NCBI RefSeq assembly: GCF_009914755.1
Contig: NC_060936.1
DNA length: 64,000 bases
Reading direction: 5' to 3' (one strand)
DNA from: the human T2T-CHM13v2.0 reference genome, Homo sapiens
Below the pieces are notes generated by a model. That model had not been told where the DNA came from, searched no databases, and worked only from the letters and a program-made list of their open reading frames with translations. Position numbers and translations under genes: made by a program. Below are positions 1 through 13,160 of the stretch, one piece after another; the stretch's first letter is position 1; the number at the start of each line of letters is the position of its first letter.

Positions 1-539
1 GGAGTAAAGACTTAGACTGTAGGCCCAGAGCAGACCTCAGCAAGTAAGAACAAGTGATGCTGGCCATTTGGTGTAAGCCTCCACCTTTGCTGATCCCAGG
101 CTCTAAATAGAATTTGAATGTGGACTCCATCTCTCTGAATTTGCTCCTGCCTTCTTCTGAGTGTTGAAGGATCCTGAACTATCATCTCCGTTTCTCCTTA
201 AACAACAGCTCCTTAAGTAGCAGGCTTTACTCTTGCAGTTTAGTGTGATACAAGAGTTGGCCTGTTTTTAGTCGGCTTTTGTGCAAATGAGTGCTATGCC
301 CCAAGCTCTGAAAGGGGAAACGTCACCACTCACAGGTAGCAGAAGGGCAGGCATTTGGAAGGAAGTTAGTATTCAGTGGGGAGGAGCTGGAGTTTTATTT
401 CTTTTCTTCCACTCATATGACCCTCTTTCTCCCCTCTTTCAGATGCTGTTTGTTTCATACCAGTGTATCTAATTTGCAAAAAATATGTAGAACTTATGAA
501 AGGTTGTTTAGTAGATGGGGGGATAATTGGCTCACTCTA

Positions 540-1450
540 TGGAGAAAAAAACAACAAAACTTATCCCTACTTAACACTGTAAAGGAAATAGGACAAAAAA
601 TGTAGGCGAATATCATGGGAGAGGGATGGGGAAGGATTTCTCATACAAAACTTCAAAAGCATAAAACAAAAAAATTGATGAATTTGATTATATTAAATTA
701 AGGATTTCTATTCAACAAATACCATGGATACTTTTAATAGACACACAAAGGATCAGAAAAGACCACCACAATGTCTGAAACCAACAAGGGTCTATTATTA
801 GTCTAGAAAAAGAAGGAACTCCTGAAAATCAACAAGAAAAGTACAGTAACTCCATTAGATAAAAAAGCAAAGAAGTTGAAAAGGCAATTTTCAGAAGAAG
901 AGTCCTAAAAGGATGCGCAGGCACATGAAGAGATGCTTAATGGCATTAGTAATGAGACTAATGTCAATTAAACAACAATTAGGCATCCCTTTACATTTTT
1001 CAGACTGGAAAAAACAGATAGTGAGGCGATGCCAAGCTTGGGGTTGGGGAAAGGGATGTAGAGATGCAAGGACACTTCTGGAGGTCAATCTGTTCGTGGG
1101 TCTACACCCCAAAGAAACTCTTCTATGGATCCCTAGGTTCTCTGGAGGGAGATCCCTAGGGTCTCTGGAGGGAGGTGGAGGCAATTGGGACAGTATGTAA
1201 GTGAGATATGAGACATCCTGGAGTATGCAGCGGCTAGAAGCAATTGGGGCAGTAGATAAGATTTACAAGAGGGAATTTGGGAGGATCTGAAAAACATAGT
1301 ACTAAGTGAAAAATAAACAGATGAGACCTATACTACAAAAGCATTTGCACACAAAACTATGCATTTTATAAGAATGTATACAAGCAAAGGGCTTCATGTT
1401 AAACAAACTGAAATAGTTAGGATGGGGAACGGGATTGTGGATGAAGAAAA
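540..1450 (+). mobile_element. Degraded old L1 (L1M-type) ORF2 end/3' UTR fragment
   Basis: L1-like phrases (aggcaatttt cagaagaag...cacatgaagagatgctta...caattaaacaacaa). Confidence 0.6.
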
Positions 1451-1930
1451 CAAACTCAGGGGCAAACATGAATGAACTTCAGAAGGCATGTTCTTATTTC
1501 TCAGGACCTGCAGAGAGAGTGGCAGATCCATTAGGGAGGATGGGATGGACAGAACTTCCCGGACACTCAGCTTTAGCGGAATGCCTGACACTCAATAGTT
1601 GCTTAATGTTTCATGAATGACTATGAATACAAGTCCAACTGGTGACATCATCCAGGATTTCACCAATTCCTTGATGTTATTCTCCTGGAAGTCTGAGGCA
1701 GAGGAATCCATGAGTTTGCTTGGCCCAGGGAAGGTAGTAAACTGACCCAATGCTTTGTAACTATTTTCTACAAAAAAGTCCTTTCTACATAAAGTACCAA
1801 ATTACATGTCTAGAAGATACAGTTTGTTCAGTCCTCAGAAAGACACATATAAAAGCTGAAGCTAGATCAGTTGTCTATCCACAGTCTAGCAGCTTATTGG
1901 CACAAGTTCTTCAATAATATTGGTAAGAAT

Positions 1931-2225
<295 letters not shown>

Positions 2226-2554
2226 ATTTGTTGTCACTCTTTATATAAAGTATAATCTAAGGAAATTACAATCATGCCAGCAATGGCATTTAGCTACTCT
2301 TACTGGTAGGAGCCATTCAAGGAATCTAAGCATGAACCTCGGGGTTCAAATCTGATTTTTCTGAATTTGAGATATCAGATCCTCTATCATCAAGGGAGAA
2401 ATGGTAATTACTTCACAGCTTGTACATAGAATAGGAATTTAGCCTGTTGCTGGGCTAATCTGTTCTCTTCTAGTTCTATTTCTTCCTCTAGCTCATCTCT
2501 TATCATTAATCTCCTTGATGGTTGTCTCATTTTTACCTTCTTATTGGCCTAAAT

Positions 2555-2748
2555 CAGCTTTCTCAAACTTGGTATATTGGGCCAAATAGTTGTGGACGTC
2601 TGTCCTGTGCCTTGTAGGATGTTTAGCAGCATTTCTGGCCTCTACCCACTAGATGTCAGAAATACTCCCCAGCATGACAACTAAAATTATCTCCAGACAT
2701 TGTCAAATATCTTCTGGGTGCAAAGCCATCTCTGGCTGAGAGCCACTG
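2555..2748. mobile_element. MER20 (hAT-Charlie MITE)
   Basis: CAG...CTG termini, ttgtaggatgtttagcagcat...ctctacccactagatg core, degenerate 8-bp TSD gcctaaat/gcctacac. Confidence 0.85.
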
Positions 2749-3894
2749 GCCTACACAAAAAACCTGGAACGCACCAGCACTTTTGTGCAAAACCCATTTT
2801 AGAAACGTTCTTATTTGTTTTCTGGATACAAGATACAACATTCCCTTTGCTGCTTCTGGCAAATGTCTAAAATTAGAAGATCAGAGATGATTCTAGGTAA
2901 CCACCTGGCCACATCTACCTGTGGCAAAAGGAAGGTTTGAGTCCACTTTCTGAATTAACTCAGAGACAAAACAAAATAAAACACAAAAACGTAATCTCTA
3001 AACTGAATTAATTATTTGAGCAAATGTGGTTTTTGGGTCTCTATTTTACAGGGAAATTGGTGCATTTTCCATTTGCCATGGCCAGGCATGAGCTGACTGC
3101 ACAGGTGGAGGTGATGAAGAGAGAGAGTTTGGAGAGAGGTGAATGTTTGTTAGGATTCTGTCTCTCAAGCTTTGCCAGTGAATAGGAATATTTTTTCTGG
3201 GTTTTGTAAATTTGCAAAAAGAGAATGATCCTGGTATTCTTGAATTGGTTCTTTCGACTCAGTGGCCACATGAGTGGAAAAGCCTGTCCCAAAAATTAAG
3301 GTCCATAGAACTAAAAAAACAAAAAAGCGTGCAAAAGTATTGAGGACCTATCTGACATAGTTCAACAAGACAAAATGAGGAAATCCTTGGTTGTTACTGT
3401 TAATAGCCCAGCACATCAGAAAATGTTTGTTGTTGATCATGTAGATGATTGTGATAAGAGAGGGGCAGGGGGAATTAGGTTTCAACCTGCTCTTGCTTAG
3501 GAGTTTTTACAGTTGTAGTTGTTCTTTCTAATTAACTGATCCAGGACCAGGTTTAGGGAGATTAGATACCTCAAGAGGGTCTTCTAACTTTGAACCAGGG
3601 GTTCTAAATCCTCTAGATTTATAGTGGAGAAAACAGAAGCAACTACTTTTCTCCAGTTCCATGTTTTGATTGAGGGGATGGAGACACATAATGGGTTAGA
3701 GGAGGAATTCATTGCCATGGTGATGAGGCCTGGGATATGGTGGACAGTGAAGAACTATGACAAAAAACACTGCAGAGAAAGAAGATGTGGGAGGAGTTGG
3801 GAAGCATATGAAAGGAAAAAAAAACCAAGAGAGAAATGACTAGATTAATAATTTGGAAGCTTAATGGTGTGTGTCTTAGAAGAAAAGTTTTCTG

Positions 3895-4020
3895 AGCCAG
3901 GCACAGTGGTGCATGTCTGTAAGCCCCAGCTTCTCCGGAGGCTGAGACAGGCAGATCTCTTGAGCTAGGGAGTTCAAGGCCAGCCTGGGCAACATAGCAG
4001 GACTTGTCTCTAAAAAAAGA
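3895..4020 (+). mobile_element. FLAM / Alu left monomer
   Basis: About 125-bp monomer with A tail. Confidence 0.85.
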
Positions 4021-4381
4021 AGGAAAGCTTCCTGAATGAAAGAGGCTAGAATCCTGTAGAATAAGTAGATCCTGGCAAACAAGTGACTAAATGAGGAAGA
4101 GAGGAAGGGCTTTTTCTGAAGTTCATAGTGAATCCATGGGAACATTAATCCCCAGTCATGCTTGCCATCCATACAGTGCTGCTGCATTCCCAGCCTCCTC
4201 TCACGATGCCTCATGAAGGGCAAGTGAAATGAGCCAGAAAAGAGCCCATTTTATAGATGAGAATAAGAAGTTCAGAAGAACGCAGACTTGTTCAAATTTG
4301 TAAAGGAAAACACTGGTTTTCCTTATCCCATTATAACTCATGGCCACTTGGGCTCAGTAGATTCTCAGAGAGTAGATTTTA

Positions 4382-4813
<432 letters not shown>

Positions 4814-6332
4814 TTAAACAAATCTTTACTTTCATGGCAAATTTTACATTTCTCCATTCCATTTAAAATATTTTCCATAGCTTAGCTGAACCAGGCTGAA
4901 AGTGGATGTCTGGAGTGGTGGAGGCGATACACCATGAAGTAGACAGGACAATAAAGCAAGGGGAGATAACAGCCTTCTTTGTTTTGCTGTGTGCCAGTCA
5001 TTCTCTAAAATTCTTGGAAAATTGAGAAAAAGTTAGTGGGCCATTTCCTTACTGAACTACAAACCCCAGCATCAGGGCAGAGTTATCTCTACAAAGCAGG
5101 GAGAGAACGCAACAAATAGAGCTTGGCCTCACCGCACTCTCTGGCTTTTGGATCACATTTAATGTGAGAGAGTTGAGCCTGTTCTTGGAATGGGCAAACT
5201 CAAAAGATTAAGCCACCAGGCCATGTGACCATTCATCCAGGTGGGTGAAGGTTCCAGGACTCAGGGAAAAAGGAGCTAGGCAGGCAATGAAATCAGGTAC
5301 ATGAGAAGAAATCATTTTGTTTTTTTCAACCGTGGTCTGTGTTGAGTAAAAACTCATTTTAGAATTAATAGAGAATTTCTTCATCTGCTCTGAGCAATTG
5401 CTGGTTTGATTTTATAGCTGAATTCAACCACACGGGCTCATTGAGCATGTCATAATTTAGTTTTCATTGCAAGAAGAAAATGAGAGTCTATCTCAAATTT
5501 TGAAGAAATATTGAGGAAATTAAAAAATTATCTGGATAAAAGTGCATAAGGGGCGTGTGGAAGCAGAGATAAATGAACACTGCCAGCCCTTCATAAATGT
5601 ATTATTATATTTGTGTATAATTTATCACCTTGGATTTAGGAATGAAAACTGATTATGTTTCAAAAGCAGCTAAGTAGAAACTTACTTGAATTTGAGCAAC
5701 AGACAGAGCTAAAGAGAAGAGAATAGACAGACTGAAATTGAAATACCCAAGAAAATAGCATTAAGAGCCTGGTGACTGGGAGAAGGTTAGGGATCCTGCC
5801 TTCTAGAAGTGTTATATTGGCTCTTGATCCCATAGTCTATACGTAGTGCTTTGGGAATAACGGGGCTTTCCCAGATGCTAACACTACCAACCAACATAGA
5901 GAACCATCAAGGTATAGCATTTCCTCTAATATTATTTCTTTTCAGTCCTTTGAGAAAAGTCAGTTAAAGTAAATGTCATTGTTGTCATGCAGCTTGGAGG
6001 CCTGGGAGATATGAGGTCTTGTGAAAATGTGCTAATTTGAACATTGCGTATCAGGAGGAGTTGGTGAAGGGAAGGAGGGTCCTGCCAACTTTTTTCTGTC
6101 ATGAAAAATGAAGAGGACTATGGGTGGTACTCCAAGCTGGAGCAATGCCCTTCTCTATGAATGCATAAAAGACGCAGGTAGACTTGAGCGGGGAGGACCC
6201 AGAGAGGCCCTTGAGGCTGGAGAGATTTAGCCTGAATCTGTGAGTTGGGCATGCCTCCCTTGGGGCATCCTCCAGAATGCTGGGCAAATTGCTGGCAGAT
6301 TCAGGGCCTTACACATAGCACAGGGCAGTGAG

Positions 6333-6540
6333 AAAGCATAGTGGTTAACAGTGTGGGCTCTTGAGTCAGATAAACCTGGGTTTGAAGATGAACACTGTCA
6401 CTTCTCGGCTATGTGATTTTAGGCAAATACCTTACTTCTCTAAAGCCTGTTTCTCTCGTCTTTAAAATGGAAATAACAGTATATCAGTCTCATAAGATTT
6501 GCTGCTGCCTGGAACAGTGTAAGCACTCAATAAATGGTAG
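6333..6540 (+). mobile_element. MIR
   Basis: gcatagtggttaa...ctgggtttga...aggcaaatac cttacttctctaaagcctgtttc...gcactcaataaatg. Confidence 0.85.
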
Positions 6541-6553
6541 TTTTGAGGGTTAT

Positions 6554-6559
6554 TTTATT
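6554..6559 (-). terminator. AATAAA poly(A) signal, probable main BEST3 3' end (3' UTR about 6538-7835)
   Basis: tttatt on the plus strand; U-rich sequence follows on the minus strand. Confidence 0.7.
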
Positions 6560-7835
6560 TCTAAAGCCATATGTAGTCAAGTGCCATCATATGACAAATG
6601 GTAAGTGCAGCAGTCGTAAGGCATGGCCTAGGCACTTGGGAGCCCATGACAAACAGCTGTCCTGAGAGCTCCCTGGGAGGAGTACCAACATCCGATCCCC
6701 ATTATGCAGCTCTGGACCCCATTAGCCTCCCAGCTCCAGTATCCTGCCCATTCCCAAATGACCCGATAGACACAGTAACTGGTCCCGTGTTGCGACACGA
6801 TTAGGATTTTTGCATAAGAGTTCAAGTTAAACAGATGTGAGTCATCTTATTCTTTGGTTCCATAGCATTTGGCTATGCAAATTTCATATTCTCTTGGCTT
6901 CCTTTTTCTCCAGTGCCCAACACCAAATAGTGGAAGCAGAAAGAAATGTCAATGGCTGCAAGGGCACGGGGGGAACCATCACTCCTATATGCCTTCCACT
7001 GGAAGTGAGACTGGAAGGGTATCAGGCTGGATTTGTTGACACCTTTGATGATTCTGTAGGAGGCTTTGCCAATGTCTTATATTTTGAAATTCATGGCAAG
7101 ACATAAGCAACAGATTTGGCAAGAGGAAATATTATAACCTGAAAAATGGGACAGATTACTAGAAAAGCAGCACAACCAGGGAGAAGGGAAGGGAAAAAAA
7201 GGATGACAGAATAAAAGGAAAAGAGAGAAAAGTAAAAAAGGAAATTGAAGAGAATTAAGTGTTCTGGTGCTGATGAAGCTTAAGAATCAGGAAGTGATAA
7301 TAACAATAATAGTTATAAAAGTAGGAATGAGATGGTTAGAAAGCCTCAAACAAAAACGTTAGGAAGGAGGGGATCTTTCAGGCATTAGGTGATCCATCTC
7401 CTTTCTTTATGGCTAAAGAAAAAAAGAAAGAGAAAAAAGAAGAGAAATAGAGAACCCTGCGTGTCTGGGCCTTTGGGTCTAGGGGATTGGACTATGATCT
7501 ATGAGACTCTTTCCACAACTAATAATCTATGAATTTATAAGTCATGTATGTTTTTCAGATTCCTTTTTTTGGTTAAGACTTATTTGGCTAAATCACTGTG
7601 GTCTGTGTAACTTCTGATGAAAGCCATGTTGTGTTGGATGACGTGAATGCGTTTGATTTTTCGCAGCTCTCAAAAAGTCAGGATCATAATGCCCTTCAAA
7701 GTTCTAAGTAGCTTATACAGTGTGATCATGTTTTTTAAAAAGTCGACCAGCCTTCAGGTATGTCCTGGGCCTAATATGCTGCTTTTGGGGAGGTAAGAAT
7801 CTAGGCTAGAACCAGGTCCTAGAACTTGGTGGCAC

Positions 7836-8742
7836 TCATTTGGGTGATTCCTCAGTTTCCTTGTTCAGCTCTATGATATCTGTTTCCTTGGTGTCCAGGT
7901 TTTCCATTAAATACAGCATATCAGAAGAGACTCGAGAGCCAGCCACAATGTTGATCCCACTGATCTCTGAGGATGTTTCTGTGTCAATTAAAAGAGCTGG
8001 CTGAGAGCTCATGGGGTCTGGACTTAGGTTTCCCAGGGAAGTGTGGCTGGACCCCAGGAATCCCGGAAGACTCCACCTTTTTAGAAAGGTATCACCAGGG
8101 TCTTCTTCACAGTTGAATATATTTTCCTCAGCGCTGGCTGAAACTGTCTGGGGACTGGGGCCTCCAGGAGGTGTCTCCTTCTCTGAGGGAGACAGGATGG
8201 ATCCCATGGGGCCCTGCTGCTGCTCAGTCTTGCTTGGCTGAACCCCTGTAAACTCAGAGCTCAAGATGGAGGTAGCGGAATCATGGTGGTAGCCCCCTGA
8301 TGTGGGCACTGGTGCTTCGGCTGCTGTGATCAATACCTCAGGTACCAGTGGCATTTTGATGGGGGAAGTTCTCACACTGGACTGTGGGGTCAGGCTCTGT
8401 AAAGTGCTTGTCTGGCTGGTCTCCCTGATGGTGGACAGCTCTCCCATGCTGAAGTGCAGCGTGGGGCTTCCTTCTGGGAAGCAGGATTTCTTCCAGGTGG
8501 GTGAGGCCCTGGGGGGGTTTCTTGAGGGCACATCCAGTAGGTCCCTGGCTGGGCTGAGGTCATCTCGGGGTAAGAACATGGAGCTGTCACTTGTCTGCCT
8601 CCTGTAGCTTCTTCTTCTGGGGCTGGAGGGGTGTTCGTGGGCACTCAGGAACCGCTTGACTCTTCTTATCATGGAATGCCGATGGCCATGCTTCTCATAA
8701 TCCCACAGCCACTCCTCGTCAGGAAAGTCGGACCCAGACAGC
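7836..8742 (-). CDS. BEST3: BEST3 exon 10 coding part: 301-aa Ser/Pro-rich C-terminal tail
   Basis: tttcag|G acceptor at 8743-8744; open frame to TGA at 7836-7838 (ORF 7836..8753). Confidence 0.96.
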
Positions 8743-8885
8743 CTGAAACACACAATGACAAGATCCAGGCAGAGTAGCTTCGGGGGCCTAGCTTTGGGGG
8801 CAGAGTCTCAAAGTTAAGAGATGACTTTGGTATTTTTGCCTTATAGATTTTTTAAATGGGGGTTTGAGGACTTGAGATAGTCTAG

Positions 8886-9245
8886 CAGAGGCTCACACAC
8901 TTTTTGATTTCAGATCCCTTTTAAACTCTTAAAAATTATTGCGTATCCCAAAGAGATTTGCTTATGTGGGTTATATCTATTACTCTTTACTGTATTTAAA
9001 ATTATAACTGTGGAATGTCTGAAACACAAGCACGTACAAGCACACATTCCGTTGACTGCTAAGTGATGACATCACCACATATCTTGTGGCCTCTGGAAAA
9101 TTCCACTGGACACTCTTGACAGAATGAGAATGAAAAAGGCAAATAACATGTTGTGCTATTATGAAAACATTTTTGACCTTCAGGACTCTCTGGAGTGGTC
9201 TTAGGGATCCCCAGATATCCCCAGACTACACTTTGAGAATCACCG
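8886..9245. mobile_element. hAT-Charlie non-autonomous element (Charlie4-like)
   Basis: Terminal inverted repeats cagaggctcacacac / cactttgagaatcaccg; tctag target-site context. Confidence 0.65.
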
Positions 9246-9270
9246 ATCTAGAGACTTGGACATTAAGAAA

Positions 9271-9298
9271 TATCTATATATCTATATCTATGAATCTA

Positions 9299-9333
<35 letters not shown>

Positions 9334-9341
9334 GTCATCTA
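9271..9341. repeat. (TCTA/TCTG)n microsatellite
   Basis: Direct reading. Confidence 0.85.
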
Positions 9342-9459
9342 GTATATGTTCTTTCTCCCTTAGTACAGTTGAATTAAGGCCAAGTTTCCCAAGGACCCAT
9401 AAAACCCCCCTTAACAATGGATCATAGGTAAATTCACGAGCGTGCGATGCCCAGCTCAC

Positions 9460-9715
9460 ATTTATTGACTATATACTAAGGCCCAGCTAAGCACCTCCTA
9501 TGCATTGATTCATTTAGTTATCACAATAATTAGATGAGTTGGTATTAGTATTATATCATTACTATACAGTGAGGTATTACTGTATTACTATAAAGTGAGG
9601 TATTAGTATCCTCACTTTACAAATGAGGAAACTGAGGCCTGGAGAGATTCACTAAATGTACGTAGCTAGTTAGAGCAAATTCGGAAGTCTGGCTCCAAGC
9701 CCTTGCTCCTAATCC
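9460..9715 (-). mobile_element. MIR
   Basis: tttacaaatgaggaaactgaggcctggagag core. Confidence 0.8.
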
Positions 9716-10035
9716 CTTTGATGGAAAGCCTACTACACAGGGGTCAAGGGATGAGCTCGAGCCCAGGGTGGAATAGTGAGTAAAGCACAGTCCTTGCTCA
9801 GAGGTAATTTATAAACATTCCTGATAAGGCTTTGCATTTATGTCTGTACAATTAGGGTTAAAAAAAGAGAAATTGGAACCTTGTGGAAAGGATATATTCA
9901 TCCAGTTAGGGTGAACTTGCATCGCGATTGGGCTCTGCTTGTGATAAAATTTGATGGATTGGCTACCAAGAATTTCCTGCTGAATTTCTACCATTTAAAA
10001 AATAAAACAAATAATTCTACCATTTAATTAGTTAA

Positions 10036-10341
<306 letters not shown>

Positions 10342-11464
10342 TAAATCTCCTTCAGGACTGACATAAAATGAATAATTGAGGTGAGATAAGCCTGTTTGGT
10401 AGTTTGGTCTACTCTGGCCTCGGATTACATAGTTATTTGCCACACATCTCTGTGGAATTACAGCCTTAATGGGGTTTGAAGAACAACTTAAAGCCTTGCC
10501 CTTGAACTACAAATGCTCATCATGCTAGCTCTGGGAGCAACAGTAACCAGCTGGTCCCAGTCCACTATTGGTAGTGACATCTCTGGTGACAAGATGCCGG
10601 GTGCATTTTATGTGACATGAAGGAGAACATTGGGACAGTATAATATTGGTGTAACTTGAAAGGGCAAAGCAAGCAGCCAAAGAAACGTCGTTCCTCATGT
10701 TTATGAATAAAACATGGATGACTGAGATGATTAACTGGCTGAATGTCCTGGGACGGCGTTCGATTACAACCTTGTGCTGTTTTTCTAAAGCCTCAGCAGC
10801 GCCCTTGGCTACCAGATAGCCTTCTGACCCACCCTCCACTGTGTGAGGGTCAGATTCTATTACATCGACTTGAGAAATGCAGACTCATGCTTCAGTGGCC
10901 TTGGTGACCCTGCTGGGTGGATTGCATTTGGTCAGCTCTCCAGTCACACTCCACAGGCACCCATTTAGTTAGGGAGGAGGACACCAGAGGAGCCACAAGT
11001 GAACTTGTTCACTAACACAGCCACTCTGGATGTGTTCTGGGAATCAAGGACAAGCTGGCAATCTCTCTATATAGGACAGGCGTCTGTCTTCCATTTGGGA
11101 TCTCAACTATTTATTTAGGATTTGTTTTTTTAAACTACCTCTAAAGGTTGCAATCTTGTAAGAAAGACAGTCTTCTAGGAAAAAAGTTTATATTTTTAAT
11201 ACTTCAAACTTTGTGACTCAAAAGACAAAAACCTTATGCCCTGGTATAGGACATATGTATTATACCTTCAACTGCAGCAAGAGGTATAAACTCCTGGGTC
11301 ATAGATGGGGGAAAATAGACAAGTTGCAACAAGCAAACTGCAAAACGTCTGGTGCTCTTGCTATGTTGGACTGATTCATAACTGACATTGGGTAGGTCTG
11401 CCAAGAAGACCCTATTGTACCTTCCTGGCTCATAAGACTATGGAGTAGATGCATGAGGTTTATC

Positions 11465-11900
11465 TGTTTATTCACCCGACTAAATTTATTGAGCACTTAT
11501 CATAAACAATTTGTTGCATTAGGTACCTTTTAAATTATCACTTAAAAGGAGAGAGAAGACATATAAATAAATATTTACATTTGGGGCAAAGCAAGTTTTT
11601 GAGCTAGGCTTTGACACTGAGTGGGAATTGGATGGATAGAAAAGGGACAGAGCATTCCAGGTGAAAGAAGTGACTTGAACAAATAAGGCAGCAGGAAAGT
11701 TTAGGGTGTTTGTGAGAAATAGGAGATACTTGAATCTGTGTGAAACACACAGAAAAGTGTCAGGCCTAGGCTGGAAAGAGGTCCTTGGACCGTGCCATGA
11801 AGAGTCGTATACCAGGTTGTGGGATGTGAACTTTATCCCGGAGACAGAGGGCAGCTGTGGATTGTCTTTGAGAATGGAGGGCATTGCTAGGGTTGTGTGG
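11465..11900 (-). mobile_element. L2 fragment
   Basis: aaatttattgagcactta tail; gagcattccagg...gtgccatg-type body. Confidence 0.6.
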
Positions 11901-12286
11901 TGTGGGTAGGGGTGTCCATGATGGAAGGGTACACAAAAAGCAACGTTGATGACTGCTTTAGATAAGAAACATGACTTGAAAACTTTTCACTCCTTTAGTC
12001 TGAAACAGGGTCTTTAGAAGCACGCTTGGTGATCAGTGCTCTGGGGGGCAGTTTTAAGTATCTTACACTGAGTGGTGAATGATGCCCTCCAGGTCTTAAT
12101 GCTGTAACAGAGCAGTAGGGAAACTCCCCAGCATGACAAACCTAAAGACATTTCTTCTAAATGCTTCCATGGAAGATCTCATTGCCAACACACACTGTTC
12201 ATCTCCTCCTTTCTCTGGTAGCCACTATTCCCAATATGACAGCAGAAGCTGTGCTTTAAGAACAAAATAGTTTAAAATAGAATACG

Positions 12287-12586
<300 letters not shown>

Positions 12587-12974
12587 TAGAATAGTTTGAA
12601 AGAGTATTTCCCAAATGGGAGGCTGGAGTATAAATTTTAGTTTCTTTTATGTTTTTTTTTTATGCTCCTTATTTGATATTTAAAGTGTCCTCTTAGTCTA
12701 GGGTTAGTACAATCCTGAGGCTCAATATAATACCACTTAACCAACTAATAGCAGAAATATTATACGATAGAATAAAAGTACCCTCATTATATTCCTATGT
12801 ATTAGGGAGAGTCAGCTGAAAAAGCTAGGTTTTATGTTCTGGAACTTATTTGGACTGAGAGAGGCAGGTAATTAGAGATAGGAGGACATTCATGGAAAGT
12901 GTCATGCGGCCATCAGTTTCCAGGGATAAAATTTGAGCACTGTCTCTGTGGTGGGAAAAATAATTTATTTTGAG

Positions 12975-13160
12975 AGCTTGCAGAGCCAGGATTGCTGTGT
13001 CTATGCTGACACCAACCAGCTGTGTGATCTTTGGGGACTCATTTAATCTCTTGTGACTTAGCATCATTCTTGGTAAGCTGGTGATAATTATCCTTTACCT
13101 GCCTTTTAGGTTGTTTGAAAGTTCAAAAGGGGTGACCTGTGTAGAAAAGCTTTGAAAGTA
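12975..13160 (+). mobile_element. MIR
   Basis: agctgtgtgatctttggggactcatttaatctct core. Confidence 0.65.

Noticed and set aside
8011-8644. Antisense and alternative-frame ORFs over exon 10
   Set aside because: Shadow ORFs of a GC-rich coding exon; no independent signals.
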